In this document: in pieces, positions 13,136 to 24,939 of the stretch
Numbering within the stretch: the stretch's first letter is position 1
Layout of the letters: the number at the start of each line of letters is the position of its first letter
Assembly (NCBI GenBank): GCA_008632985.1
Contig: QPGO01000216.1
Coordinates: 1-64,000, forward strand
Reading direction: 5' to 3'
Length of the DNA: 64,000 bases
Origin: Psammoneis japonica
Taxonomy: Eukaryota
The notes under the pieces: model-generated
What the model saw: the letters and a program-made list of their open reading frames with translations, nothing else
The model's database searches: none
Told to the model about the DNA's origin: nothing
Made by a program: the position numbers and the translations under genes

Positions 13136-14287
13136 TTTTCGACTTGTCACCTTCTGTGGTGTGCACACACAATGCACTGTGCTCAAAGAACGAGTGCAAA
13201 CGAAAGTAGAATCAAGTGTGAAAAGTGAAAATTATGAGAATTATTTCTGTGCAATCATTTTGGGTTTCTCCGAATGAGTTCTCAATGGCCTAAAGCATTT
13301 GTGCTGTCCCTGCAGACAAGAGGCCTTTCGGAGAATAAGATCGTGACAACAGATTGTCCGGATGCGATTGACATTGACACACAAGATGTCAACATTGTCG
13401 CATGATCGTATTTGCATTTTTCGACATCCGATCAATTCTGTGTGATTGATCTGTCCTTCGCACGAACCCACGATTGACGCACGATTGAAATGCAAACTCA
13501 TCCAACACACAGATGTGAGATGTGCACGTGCATGTCGCACATGACAACGCATGTTGCAGTGGATCAACATTCTTCATAGATGCAGTTGCTTCTTCCTCTT
13601 TGATTTCTTCATTTGCATGGTCCAATGTGATTTCAAGACTGGACATTAAGTCGCGTCTTATGATCACATCACATGGACTTGAAGAAGAATTCTCATCATC
13701 AACACACACTGTTTGAATGTCAGCACGTCTTAAATTCGCACAGTGAGAACTGAATTCGGTGTTTACTGTCAGTTGTAAAGAGCTCACCCTTGGTTTTCCA
13801 AGTTTTTGGTGGCTGATTCTTGTGTTCTCAACTTTTGCACGAATTTGCGTAAAATTGTGGTTGACGATGTTCCGCTGTCGACAGGAACACGCAGATGCTT
13901 GTTTTTCTCCTTCCCCAAGGAAGTGTTCATATAAATGATGACTCCTGGACTAGTGTGAATTATTTCTGCCTTTTTTCTAGGCTTCCTAATGTCCAGTGGA
14001 GCAAACAATTCGTGAACAGACCCAAATTGTTCTTCGGATTCACTCTGGATCATCCGATTAAATTGGCAATTTTCTTCACTGAGGGCATCAGAATCCAATT
14101 CTTTGCCCTTGTGCTCTTTTTCTTTGTTCGAGGAACTCGCTTTGAGCATTTTTTTTTTGAACTGTCTGATCATTCATGACGTTCAACTCTTTTTTGCGAG
14201 CGGCATTTTCGTTGTCACGCCAAGTGCGATTGCCATTTGAACGCGCCGTTTCGGATCACGCTCAATGTGTCCACGGCATTCTTTTGC

Positions 14288-16460
14288 ACTCTTTGTTTAC
14301 CACAGCGACACGCGCGCGTTTTTTTTTTCGTGCCGCGCAACGCAGCACCCAACCAAAAAGACAACCAACATGGCACGTCGCCGTTCCGAGTCATTACAAC
14401 AGATAGCACCCCCATGCCATACGCGGTGATCGTTGACACGGTAAAGTGTATTATGATAGCTTGGTTTGGTTTGTTGTTGCGTTGGCGTTGTTTTTTCACG
14501 TCTTCACTTACCGGATGTCGTATCGGCATTTCTTGCATTGTGTCATGCGCGACCGACCGAAACCCACAGAATCGGTGTTGTCGTTTCGTCGTCTGTAGGA
14601 CGGAATCTGGTGGAATAGCAAACAAATAGGTAAGCATACATCACAATACTGTTGTTCTGTAGTGTCAGATTGTCCTTTTTAGCATTTCATATTCCCTCAG
14701 CTAACCCTTGCTTTTCGTGCTACTGTTTTTTGCTTTTCAGTACGAAATCACGGTCGTTGATGGCATGGGCATGATGGACGTGGATATTGGCAAGCATGTC
14801 TCTATACTTACCTTCAGTTCTCTCGACACTGCCATGGAGGATGCTGATTTGGAGTCCTGGGTGGCTCCTGCAGCCGCTAGTTTACCTGCAGCGCCGTCAA
14901 AATTTTGCGACAGTTTCACCCGTCGCTTCTTGCGCCAATCCGATCAAAGAAAATAAGGCAGGACGGAATCTGGTGGAATTTCAAACAAACAGGTAAGCAT
15001 ACATCACAATGCAATTGTTCTAATTTGTCAGATTGTCCTTTTTCACATTTCACATTCCCTCAGCTAACCCTTGCTTTTTGTGCTACTGTTTCTTGCTTTT
15101 CACAAAGACAACAGAAAGGCACGTCGACGTTCGGAGTCATTACAATCAACTGCACCCCGACACCATACTTGGTGATTGTTAACATGGTAAGGTGTATTAT
15201 GATAGCTTGTATTGGGTTGTTGTTGTGTTTTTGATGCGTTTTCAATTCGTGGTTTCTCACCGGCTCTTATCGGCATTTCTTGCATCGCGACAGGTGCGAC
15301 CGACCGAGGCTGACAGAATCGGTATTGTTGTTTTCGGCTTCCTACTGACAAAATCTGGTGGAATATCAACAAATAGGTAAGCCTACAACACAATGCTGTT
15401 GTTCTGTTGATTATGAAACCCAACAAGGAAACACTAGCTTGTTGCAGTTTAGGATTCGAAAGCAATCCGTCGCCCAGAGTGCCCTATCTTTGACTTTGGA
15501 GACTCGAGTCCTGGAGCCAGCTTGAAAGAAGAAAGCTCGTACATGACTGTGAAATGATAACTCCATGTAGCTAAAAATTAAAGACCTATTACTATATGCT
15601 ATTTGTTGTTGTTGATAAACATGCGTTAGTGCGTAGTGCCGAGAAATAAAAAACATGCTTTAGCGCGTGATGCCGAGGTGTAACATGAAATGCATTGAGC
15701 AATAAATAACAACGGAAGAGACGACAACATAAACTTACTTTGAAAAAAAGCAAACAAAAGCTTGCCTGCATCTATCGCTTTCGCCCCCCCATCCATATTT
15801 CAAATCCAACAGCATCAACACGACAACCGTTTCCAAAAATGTTGTTTCCAAAGGAAGAGCGACTTCTTAAAAAGTGCCAGGTATCCTTGCCATTCCTGTA
15901 GTATCAGCACTGACACCTGAATCCGAGCGACAGGTATTGCTTTGATAGTCTACTGCCACGCCATCAACGGTACTGTACTCTCTATTAATTCTGACGCAAC
16001 AAATGAGCGCAGCCAGAAACACGCGTTAGTGTGTAATGCCAAGACATTGCATGAAATGTGTCGAGTGACAAATAACAACAACGCAAGAGACAGCAATGTA
16101 ACTTACTTTGGTGCTGAAACAAAAGATTACCTGCATCTCTTTCGCCCCCCTTCTATAATTCAAAGCACAATTCATAGTTGTAATGTCTCAAACAGCGGAA
16201 CAACAGTAACGCTTTGAATGCAGTCAAATTGCTGCAGCAGAAGAAGCGGCAACGCCAGGAAGCACATTATTAAATATCAAAAATGCAATTGGACGATAGA
16301 AGACATCACCCACTGTGGTGATTCTGTCACAACGGCGAAGACAGTCACATCCATGAAGGCTTTTTGCGTCGATGTGGTGTGTGGTGTGGTGTGAAAAAAA
16401 TGTGCGTCCGCACGACCGCGCGAAAAAATCCGTAGTAATCCGTAGTGGTAAACAAAGAGT
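14288..16460. mobile_element. 2.2-kb non-autonomous TIR insertion with internal duplications and intron-like segments
   Basis: 16-bp TIR actctttgtttaccac / gtggtaaacaaagagt; absent from the family B copy at ~58670-58720; repeated blocks at 14372/15118 and 14598/14961/15350. Confidence 0.75.
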
Positions 16461-17730
16461 TAATCCGTGATGTGGGTGTTCTTTTTTCAAAGATTAGACC
16501 TTGCATTCACTTTGGATTGTTCAGGTGCCATGCAGGAGACCATTTTTGGAACCAACTTTGGAACCATTTGGTTTTGGAATCAATTCCGTTATCAGAGCCT
16601 GATTTGACATGTTTTGTTGTCATAGACGTCATGAACGACTTCCAAACGACTCAAAACTCAATCAGCTCATCAAGGACAAGTTCCAACAGTTGATTGTTTT
16701 GGACAGTGGACTGATGCTGCCATCCTTGCGGTGCGAGTGATGGCCAATAGCTCATGACTCGGTTTCCCGCTAGATTCAACTTAGAATCGATTGAAGGGTC
16801 GCACAGACTCTCTTCAATGACCTCTTGGGTCTGACAGAGGCTTTCTTGCTGTCAAGCAGCTCCGGTTTCTTCAGATCGTCTTGAAAATAACAACTCTGAT
16901 TCTGAAGTGCAATTCCTGGAAAGACATGAGACAAGAGACTCTTGAGGCACTTTCCAACGGTTCCTTCTAGCTCTTTGGACTCGAGGCTCATTGATTCGGT
17001 CTCTAAAAATTCTGCAATGGTCTCTCCTTGCATGCCAGATGCATTTCTCGGACCTGATCAACTCAAGGCTTGAAATTCTACCCAACCATGACTTGGTGTG
17101 GGCATTTCGATAATGCTGTGCACTTGCAGAGTCCTTGATCCTGAGGTGCTTGAAATGGATCATATTGGAACGAATCCTCTTGTCTTGCAGACGAAAAACA
17201 GGGTTCCATCTTGAGGCACTGCTCGGATTGAGCTGCTTCCGCTCGGAAATCGATTCCAGCAGAACCAACGCATTTCATGCCTGCTCATGGAAGAATTTAC
17301 AAAGGCACATCAGCAAAAATTTTCATTTTCTGTGTTTTTACCTTCTGTGGTGTGTGTGCACAATGCACTGTGCTCGAAGAACGAGCACAAACGAAAGTAG
17401 AATCAAGCATGAAAAGTGAAAATTATGAGATTAAATTTTACTCTGTGATTTTTGGTTTCTCTGAATGAGTTCTCAATGGCCCAAAGCTTCTGCACTGCTT
17501 CTACAGACAAAAGGCCTTTCGGAGAATACATTCGTGACAACAGATTGTCCGGGTGCGATTGCCATTGACACGTAAGATGTCAACATCATCAATCGATCGC
17601 ACTTGCAATTTTCAACATCCAATCAACTCTGTGTGATCATTCTGTCCTTCGCACGCATCCACGACTGTGGTGCGATTGACACATAAATGACACGTGATTG
17701 TGAACATGCATGTGACAGTCGCATGCTGCA

Positions 17731-18630
17731 AAGCTGTTCCAAATGGCCAATCAAGCCCCAAGCTGTGCTTGTTCTGCACTGTGCCATGCTGCAAGTTCAG
17801 ATTTGAAGTGCCATGGGACTGCAAGCCTGCCCTGGCACTTGACAAACGCAATGGCAGCTGCAAGTGGGGAGATGCAACTGACCTTGAGATGACTCAGCTC
17901 AGTGAGCCCAAGGTGTTCCATGACTGCAAACACTGCAAGGACTCTGGTGCCCCAGCAGGACACAAGAAGATTCAGGTGCACCTTGTCTGTGACGTCAAAC
18001 ATGACGGCAGGCACAAGGCACAACTTGCTGCCTGATGGGCACCTCACTGACATGCCCATTGATGGTGTTCACTCTGGTGCAGCATCCCTCTGTGGCCTTT
18101 GAATGATGATCTTCCTGGCTGAACTCAATGAGCTGGAGACATGGGCAACCGACATTGGCAAAATGCCTGCCCAAAAAAGCTGTGACCAAGGAGAAACTGC
18201 ACATCATTGCAGGTTCTGAATTTGGAAGTTTGAAAGGGCACATCCTTGCAATCCATGAGACTCTGTGCAGTCTCCACCACTGTGGTTTCAGGTGACACTG
18301 ATGCTTTGCCAGTTGTTCAAGAGCTGAAGGATTTTTCCTGTGCTGCACTGAACCTGACATTTGGTTGTGCCGGAATGTTCATCGCACTTTCAATTGCATG
18401 ACCCAGCATGCTTGCATGCCCACCAGCACACACCTGAAAAAGGTGTGCAAGTCACCCAACCCGGTTCTCAATGTCCATTGCCATGACAAACCTGTTGCCA
18501 CTGACACGGTGCACTCCGACAACTCCGCCATCGACTCTGGATGTGCCAGCACACAGCTCTTTGTTGGCTTGAAATCCCTCATCACCAATGTGTGCAGCAA
18601 CAAGATGGACAAAGAATTTGTCAGTGCACT
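17731..18630 (+). mobile_element. Copia (CoDi-like) RT 5' fragment joined to an integrase N-terminal fragment
   Basis: KKIQVHLVCDVKHDGRHKA (RT); PVATDTVHSD..AIDSG...QLFVG (integrase). Confidence 0.85.
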
Positions 18631-19041
18631 TGCAACATGCGTTGTCATGCACATCACATGTGTGCATGTCTGTGCATTAAACAAATTTGTGTTCCAATCG
18701 TACGTCAATCGTGGGTTCGTACGAAGGACAGATCAATCACACAGAGTTGATCGGATGTCGAGAATCGCAAATGCGACTGTATGATGATGTTGACATCTCA
18801 TGTGTCAATGTCAATCACACCCAGACAATCTGTTGCATCGCACTCTCCAAAAGGCCTCTTGTCTGTGGGAGCAGTGCAAAAGGTTCAGGCTGTTGAGAAC
18901 CCGTTCGGAGAAACCCAAAATGATTGCGCAGAAATGATCCTCACAATTTTCACTTTTCGAACTTCGTTCTACTTTCGTCCACACTTGTTCTTCGAGCACA
19001 GTGCATTGTGCACACACACCACAGAAGGCAACAAGTTCAAA

Positions 19042-20196
19042 ATGAAGCTTTCACCTCATGTGACCAACACCAAAACTTCGTCAAGGCAGGAGAGAATCGT
19101 TCCTCAACCGTTGGAATCGAATTCTGAGCCGAAGAGCCTCAAACTGAGTCAGTGCCTCAAGATGGAGCAATGTTTTCATCCCGAGAAGAAGGATGGCCGC
19201 ACCTGCACCATCAATGTCGAGCACTGCAAGAAACAGGGTGTCCCCAAATACATTGAATTTCTCAAGAGCTACGATCAACTTCCAGTGGGCCAGAACATCA
19301 GCAAGCAAGCCGATGAGTTCCGTTTCATGCGCATGTCACTACAAGGAGATGCTCTGTGTGCTTTTGAGAATGCGGTGGCGAACATTGAAGATGAATCTAT
19401 GGAAGGAAGCTTCGAAAAATGCCTGCAGCACCTCACGAAGCATGTGTTTCCCAAGAACGCACTTTCGGTTCAGAAACGCTGTTTGCGTAGTGATCTCAAG
19501 AAGCCAGAGTCAACGAAAGCACGCGAAATTGCCGCCTGGGTCCAGGAAGTCAACAAAGACCTCAAGTTCTATCCTCCCTTTGGGAAGGATCAGAAGATCG
19601 AGGAGGACGAGCTCAAGGATGTCCTCTTCAATCTTGCACCTCGAAAGTGGCAGCATCAGTCGACCGTCCAGGGTTTCGAAATTTTGAAACACACCTGTGA
19701 CGAGTTGGTTGAGTTTTTGGAGCGCCCAGAGGTCGCAGAGGATGCATTTGACGGCATCCATGCCAAGGCTGATCCCAGCAGCAGTGCTGGATCAAAAGCC
19801 AAGAGTGGTTCTCAACGTGGTTCCAAAAATGGTCACCAACATGGTGCCGAAAAATCTCAGTCCGAGAAGTGGTGCATTTCATGCGAGAAATCCACTCACA
19901 ACATGGACAAGTGCTGGTCGATTAAAAGACTTGCGAAAGAACACCGTGGGAACTATGAACCCAATCCAAAATGGCGTCATTCAAATGGCAATTGCATGTG
20001 GTCTCGTCGCGATGACGATGATGCCGCTCGCAAAGAAGAGTTGAAAGCTGTGGCGGTCCAAGCAGATCAAAAAATGCTCAAAGCGAGTTCTTTGAACAAC
20101 GACAAGAAGCGCAAGAGCAAAGATCATGACTCTGACACCCTTGACGAGGAGAATTGTCAGTTTGAAAAATTGACGCGCAGCGATTCTGAGGAATGA
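19042..20196 (+). CDS. gag: Gypsy Gag (open frame, heavily substituted)
   Basis: MKLSPH start after the 5' LTR; CISCEKSTHNMDKC zinc knuckle. Confidence 0.85.
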   Translation: MKLSPHVTNTKTSSRQERIVPQPLESNSEPKSLKLSQCLKMEQCFHPEKKDGRTCTINVEHCKKQGVPKYIEFLKSYDQLPVGQNISKQADEFRFMRMSLQGDALCAFENAVANIEDESMEGSFEKCLQHLTKHVFPKNALSVQKRCLRSDLKKPESTKAREIAAWVQEVNKDLKFYPPFGKDQKIEEDELKDVLFNLAPRKWQHQSTVQGFEILKHTCDELVEFLERPEVAEDAFDGIHAKADPSSSAGSKAKSGSQRGSKNGHQHGAEKSQSEKWCISCEKSTHNMDKCWSIKRLAKEHRGNYEPNPKWRHSNGNCMWSRRDDDDAARKEELKAVAVQADQKMLKASSLNNDKKRKSKDHDSDTLDEENCQFEKLTRSDSEE

Positions 20197-23100
20197 CTTG
20201 CACCACAAGAGGAGTCTTGCGCATTGCTGGATGTCAGGAAGCCCGGAAAAAGGGCCAAAACAACTCATGCTAGTCCAGTGGTCGTCGCTCACATGAGTGC
20301 CTCTTTAGGTGAAGCGAAAAACAAGCCTCCACGCATTCTCCTTGACAGCAGAACATCATCAACCATGATTTTGCGCAAATTCACGCGGATGCTCAGAACC
20401 AAAGTGTCCGCCACCAAACTCTGGGAAACCAAAGGAGGGCTCTTTACGACTGACAGTCAATGTAAAATCCAATTCTCCTCACCCGAATTTGACAAACACA
20501 AGATGATTGAAACAACAGTGCATGTTGATGATTCCCCTTCTTCTTTGAGTCGTTATGACATGATCATGGGACGCGACTTAATGTCGAGTCTTGGGACAAT
20601 GTTGGACTTCTCGAATGAAGAGATTAAATGGGAAGATGCAACTGCTCCTGTGAAGAATGTTGACACACTCTTTGATGCCAAAGTTTTTTTAAGTTGATTG
20701 CCGATCATGTTGAGGAATCTCATGCAGTGATTGGTCTTAATGACAGGGTCAATTGGATCCTTGACTCAGACTGTCACCCCGCAAACCTCAATGATGTGAC
20801 AGCAGCAGCCACTCATCTAACTCCTGAAGAGCAGAAGCAGCTAAACCCACTCTTAAAAAGATTTGAAAACCTTTTTGATGGTTCTCCAGGCAAATGGACC
20901 GGGAAACCGGCAGATTTAAAGTTGAAATTGGGCATGAGTTCGTGTCATGCCAAACCATTTCCTGCACCACAAGCCTTGGAGGCAACTGCTCATAAAGAGG
21001 TTGAAAGACTGTGCAAGTCAAAGGTCTTAAGAAAAATAAATTGTTCTGAATGGGCAGCTCCAACCTTTGTTCAACCCAAGAAAAATGGTCGAGTTCGGTT
21101 TCCATCCGACTTTCGTGAGCCAAACAAGAGGTCAAAATGCACTCCGTTTCCTCTGCCCAATGTTCAGGATGTGCTGCAGAAGCTTGAAGGTTTCATGTGT
21201 GCAACATCCCTAGATTTAAACATGGGATGCTGTCACATCGAGCTGATGCCACATGCACGTCGTTTGTGCATGATTGTCATGCCTTGGGGCAAATGTGAGT
21301 GATGTAGACTGCCTGTGGGAATCTGTGGAGCTCCAGACATTTTCCAAGAGCACACGAGTGAGCTCATGGCAGGTCTGGAGTTTGTCAGAACTTATGTTGA
21401 CGACACATTGTGCCTTGCAAAAGGTGATTTTCAAGACCACCTCAAGAAGCTTGAGATGGTGTTTTTACGCCTGGAACAAGCCGGATTGAAGGTCAACGCC
21501 AAAAAGTCCTTTTTTGCTAAACCCGAAGTGGACTGTCCAGGCTTCCACATCACCCGCAATGGCATCAGTCCGATTCCAAAAAAAGTAGAAGCAATTCACG
21601 TGATCGCAACTCCTGAGACTTGCAAGGAATTGCGACGCTTTGTTGGTGTGATCAACTGCCATCAAGACATGTGGCCTCGATGATCTCATGTTTTAGCTCT
21701 TTTAGCCAAACTCACTTCAACACAAGTAAAGTGGCAATGGACCGAAACAGAACAAAAAGCCTTCAAAAATGTGAAGCGCACAATCTCCAAAGATGTGCTG
21801 TTGTCACATCCGAATTTCAATGTGCCCTTTGAGACATGTGCTGATGCGAGCAATTCTCAATTGGGGGCGGTCATTATGCAGAAAAACTGACCAATTGCTT
21901 TCTACAGCCGCAAGCTGAATGGAGCGCATGCGCGTTGTGCTGCAACAGAAAAAGAGCTGTTGTCCACAGTGGAGACGTTAAAAGAGTTCCGAAATGTGCT
22001 GTTCAGCCAACAGATAAATGTGCACACGGATCACAAAAATCTCACACATGAAAATTTCACAACGGACAGAGTCATGCGTTGGCGTCTAACAACAAAAGAG
22101 CACAGTCCCAAAACAACATGCCTTGAGGGCAAGGCGAATGTTGTCACAGATGCGATCAGCCGACTCACTGTGGTGAAAAAAATAGAACCCATGGAAACCC
22201 TCAGCACAGAAGAGTTGGCTGAAAAGGTCCCACCAAAATCCTGCGACAATGTCTTTCTGTTAAATCACAAAGTTCTTGATTGTGAACAAAAGCGGGACAA
22301 AGACATTCTCTCCAAATTGTCAAATGAGACATTTCATGCGAAGACTTTTCGTGGAGGCGAGCAAGACCGGTTGCTCACATGTCACAAGGACAAAATTGTC
22401 ATCCCAAAGACGTTGCAAAAAGCAGTGATAGATTGGCATCATGCGCACCTTCTTCACCCTGGCACAAATCGAACAGAAGAAACAATCTCACAACACTTGT
22501 TCTCCAAATTGTCAAATGAGACATTTCATGCGAAGACTTTTCATGGAGGTGAGCGAGACCAGTTGCTCATGTGTCACAAGGATAAAATCATTGTTCCAAA
22601 GACGTCACAAAAAGCAGTGATGGATTGGTGCTGTGTCACACGCACCTTCTCCATCCTGGCATAAATCGAACAGAAGAGACAATCTCACAACACCTGTGGT
22701 GGTCCACCTTGCGTGAAGACATACGAAAATAAGTGTCGAGATGTGAGACGTGCCAGAAATTCAAAAAGAAACACAAGAAATGTGGACATTTGCCTCCCAA
22801 GTGCGCAGAATCAGTGCCATGGGAACGACTGTGTGTGGATCTTGTTGGGCCATACAAAATGCGTTGTAAGGGAAAGAAAGAACCCCCAGTCCTGAAATGT
22901 TTGACAATGATTGATCCGGCAACCGGATGGTTTGAAGTTGTGGAAATCCCAAATGAGGAATCCACAACTGTGGCTGGACTGTTAGAACGAACGTGGTCAA
23001 GTAGACATCCTTGGCCATTGTTAGTTGCATGTGACCGTGGAAGAGAGTTCATCGGACACCAATTTAAAGACATGGTGCAAGATGATTATGGCATTAAAGT

Positions 23101-24533
23101 CAAGCCTATAACTGCACGAAATCCACAAGCAAACGCAATCATTGAACGCGTACATCAATTGCTCGGAAATGTGATCCGTACACTTGATTTGCAACACACA
23201 CCTCTGAATGCTGAGGATCCCTTCGCTGGAATATTATCAGCAGTAGCATTTGCAGTACGTTCTACGTATCATACTACAGTACTACGCAAGCTACACCTGG
23301 ACAATTAGACCCCGTCCAAACTGGATCGTACTTGCGTACTATCGTACTTGAGTATAGCCTGCTTTATGACGTCACGAGCCATAAAAAGGGAGTCGTGTCC
23401 AAACTGCATCGTACTTGCGTACATGAGTACTATCATACCCAAAAAATTAGTCGAGTTACTCATTTCTGACATCACCGGAGCGCGTATCGAGTGGATGCGA
23501 TACAAGTCGCCATGGCGATGTGTGGTTGTTTTTGACAGCTTCTTTCGATTTTACCACTTTATAAGTAACACCAATCGATAATATGAAGCGGATATGATAT
23601 GTTACGGCAAGAAAATGTTAAAATATTGTGCACTTGTTGCTGAAATAGACCTTTTGTATTCAAAGGAATTTTTTCTGTCTGTTGCATCATACAAAGTCAA
23701 TGCATAAGGTGGCTAAACTAGATCTGTTAGGCCCAACAACAATCTTATCGACTAATTTAGATACGAAGGATTTAATGGGTTTATTTGTATGTGGTGTGAC
23801 TTTAGAGTAAGGGTCGATATGGCCCGAGAAGAATGTGCAGAAACGTTCAAATGAAAAGTTTCTGAAATCACCCCGTAAGTCTAACGTTATTTCACTGAAC
23901 AAAACAAGAAACCACACCTACACACTAAGTAAAATATGGCGGTTCTAATAAGGTTACTTTATCATCATAAGGTAAAACTTTGATGCCGCTGTGGGCCGTC
24001 ATCTTCATTCGTCGTGATGCTGTTTCTCGTGCGAGCGGGGGTATGATGTCAGGGGTATGATGTCGCGAAGGAACAGACAGGGCCGGTGGTCTCTGTTCCT
24101 GACGCGAGATCGTATGGCCTAAATATTGTAGAATCATAGGGCACATAACCCTAAAAAAGTCGCAAAGCGCCTTTTTTAGGCCATACTCAAGTACGAAAGT
24201 ACGCAAGTACGATCCAGTTTGGACGGGGTCTTAGTCTTTAACAGAGACATGGTATTTAACGTCCAACATGTCGCAGACTGGAAATTAATCCAGCAGCGAA
24301 AGCAAGAAATTATAAATAAAAATAACGCTCGAGAGAATGCTCGACGTACTCCTTATACTGTACGTACAGAGTAGGAGAGAAGATACTACTCGAAAAAGAC
24401 TCGCAGAAATTAGAACAGCCCTATTGGACCGTATGTAATAACAACGGTACACACTGATGGCACAGTACAGATCAAACGCGGTGACGTCATTGACACTATC
24501 AATATCCGTCGGATAATACCGTTTAACGACTGA
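20197..24533 (+). pseudogene. pol: Gypsy pol with frameshifts, an internal ~193-bp tandem duplication and a MITE insertion
   Basis: ILLDS protease; SEWAAP, DFRE, VRTYVDD RT; RNase H; integrase core; GPY-type C-terminus. Confidence 0.92.
23308..24230. mobile_element. PIF/Harbinger-like MITE, 923 bp, 53-bp TIRs, TSD TTA
   Basis: TIR gaccccgtccaaactggatcgtacttgcgtact... with 2 mismatches; tta at 23305-23307 and 24231-24233; removal restores GQLVF. Confidence 0.93.
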
Positions 24534-24939
24534 CTCTAATGTGCAATTAGGGAGGCGAATGCAATATTCGTTGTTATGTACGTTATATATATGTATATCT
24601 ATATATTTAATAAATTTATATTCCAATCGTACGTCAATCGTGGGTTCGTACGAAGGACAGATCAATCACACAGAGTTGATCGGATGTCGAGAATCGCAAA
24701 TGCGACTGTACGATGATGTTGACATCTTATGTGTCAACATCAATCGTATCCAGACAATCTGTTGTCACGATCGTATTCTCCGAAAGGCCTTTTGTCTGTA
24801 GGAGCAGTACAAAAGGTTTTAGGCCATTGAGGACCCGTTCGGAGAAACCCAAAATGATTGTGCAGAAACAATCCTCACAGTTTTCACTTTTCGAACTTCG
24901 TTCTACTTTCGTTTACACTCATTCTTCGAGCATGGTGCA

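Larger units (their letters stand above)
7977..13558 (-). mobile_element. Full-length gypsy family A, copy 1; LTRs 7977-8360 and 13173-13558; TSD GTGG; nested in family B
   Basis: Paired ~385-bp LTRs, PPT, gtgg on both flanks; the empty site is present in the family B copy at ~51655-51675. Confidence 0.93.
5199..17730 (-). mobile_element. Degenerate gypsy family B, copy 1; LTRs 5199-5565 and 17364-17730; TSD AAGC
   Basis: Paired LTRs; aagc on both flanks; empty copia site gaagaagctgttcc seen at ~26001; decayed gag-PR-RT-RH-INT homologous to 49640-57484. Confidence 0.9.
18631..24939 (+). mobile_element. Full-length gypsy family A, copy 2; LTRs 18631-19005 and 24560-24939; TSD CACT
   Basis: Paired LTRs; cact on both flanks; removal restores the copia integrase FVSALKDNI. 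Confidence 0.93.

Noticed and set aside
18781..19041. N-terminal extension of Gag in the ORF track
   Set aside because: It lies in the LTR and leader and is probably open only because stops were lost.
22308..22693. Diversity-generating retroelement template/variable repeat pair (adenine-specific changes near an RT)
   Set aside because: Changes are mostly transitions on both strands and occur in all repeats; the RTs are LTR and non-LTR types.
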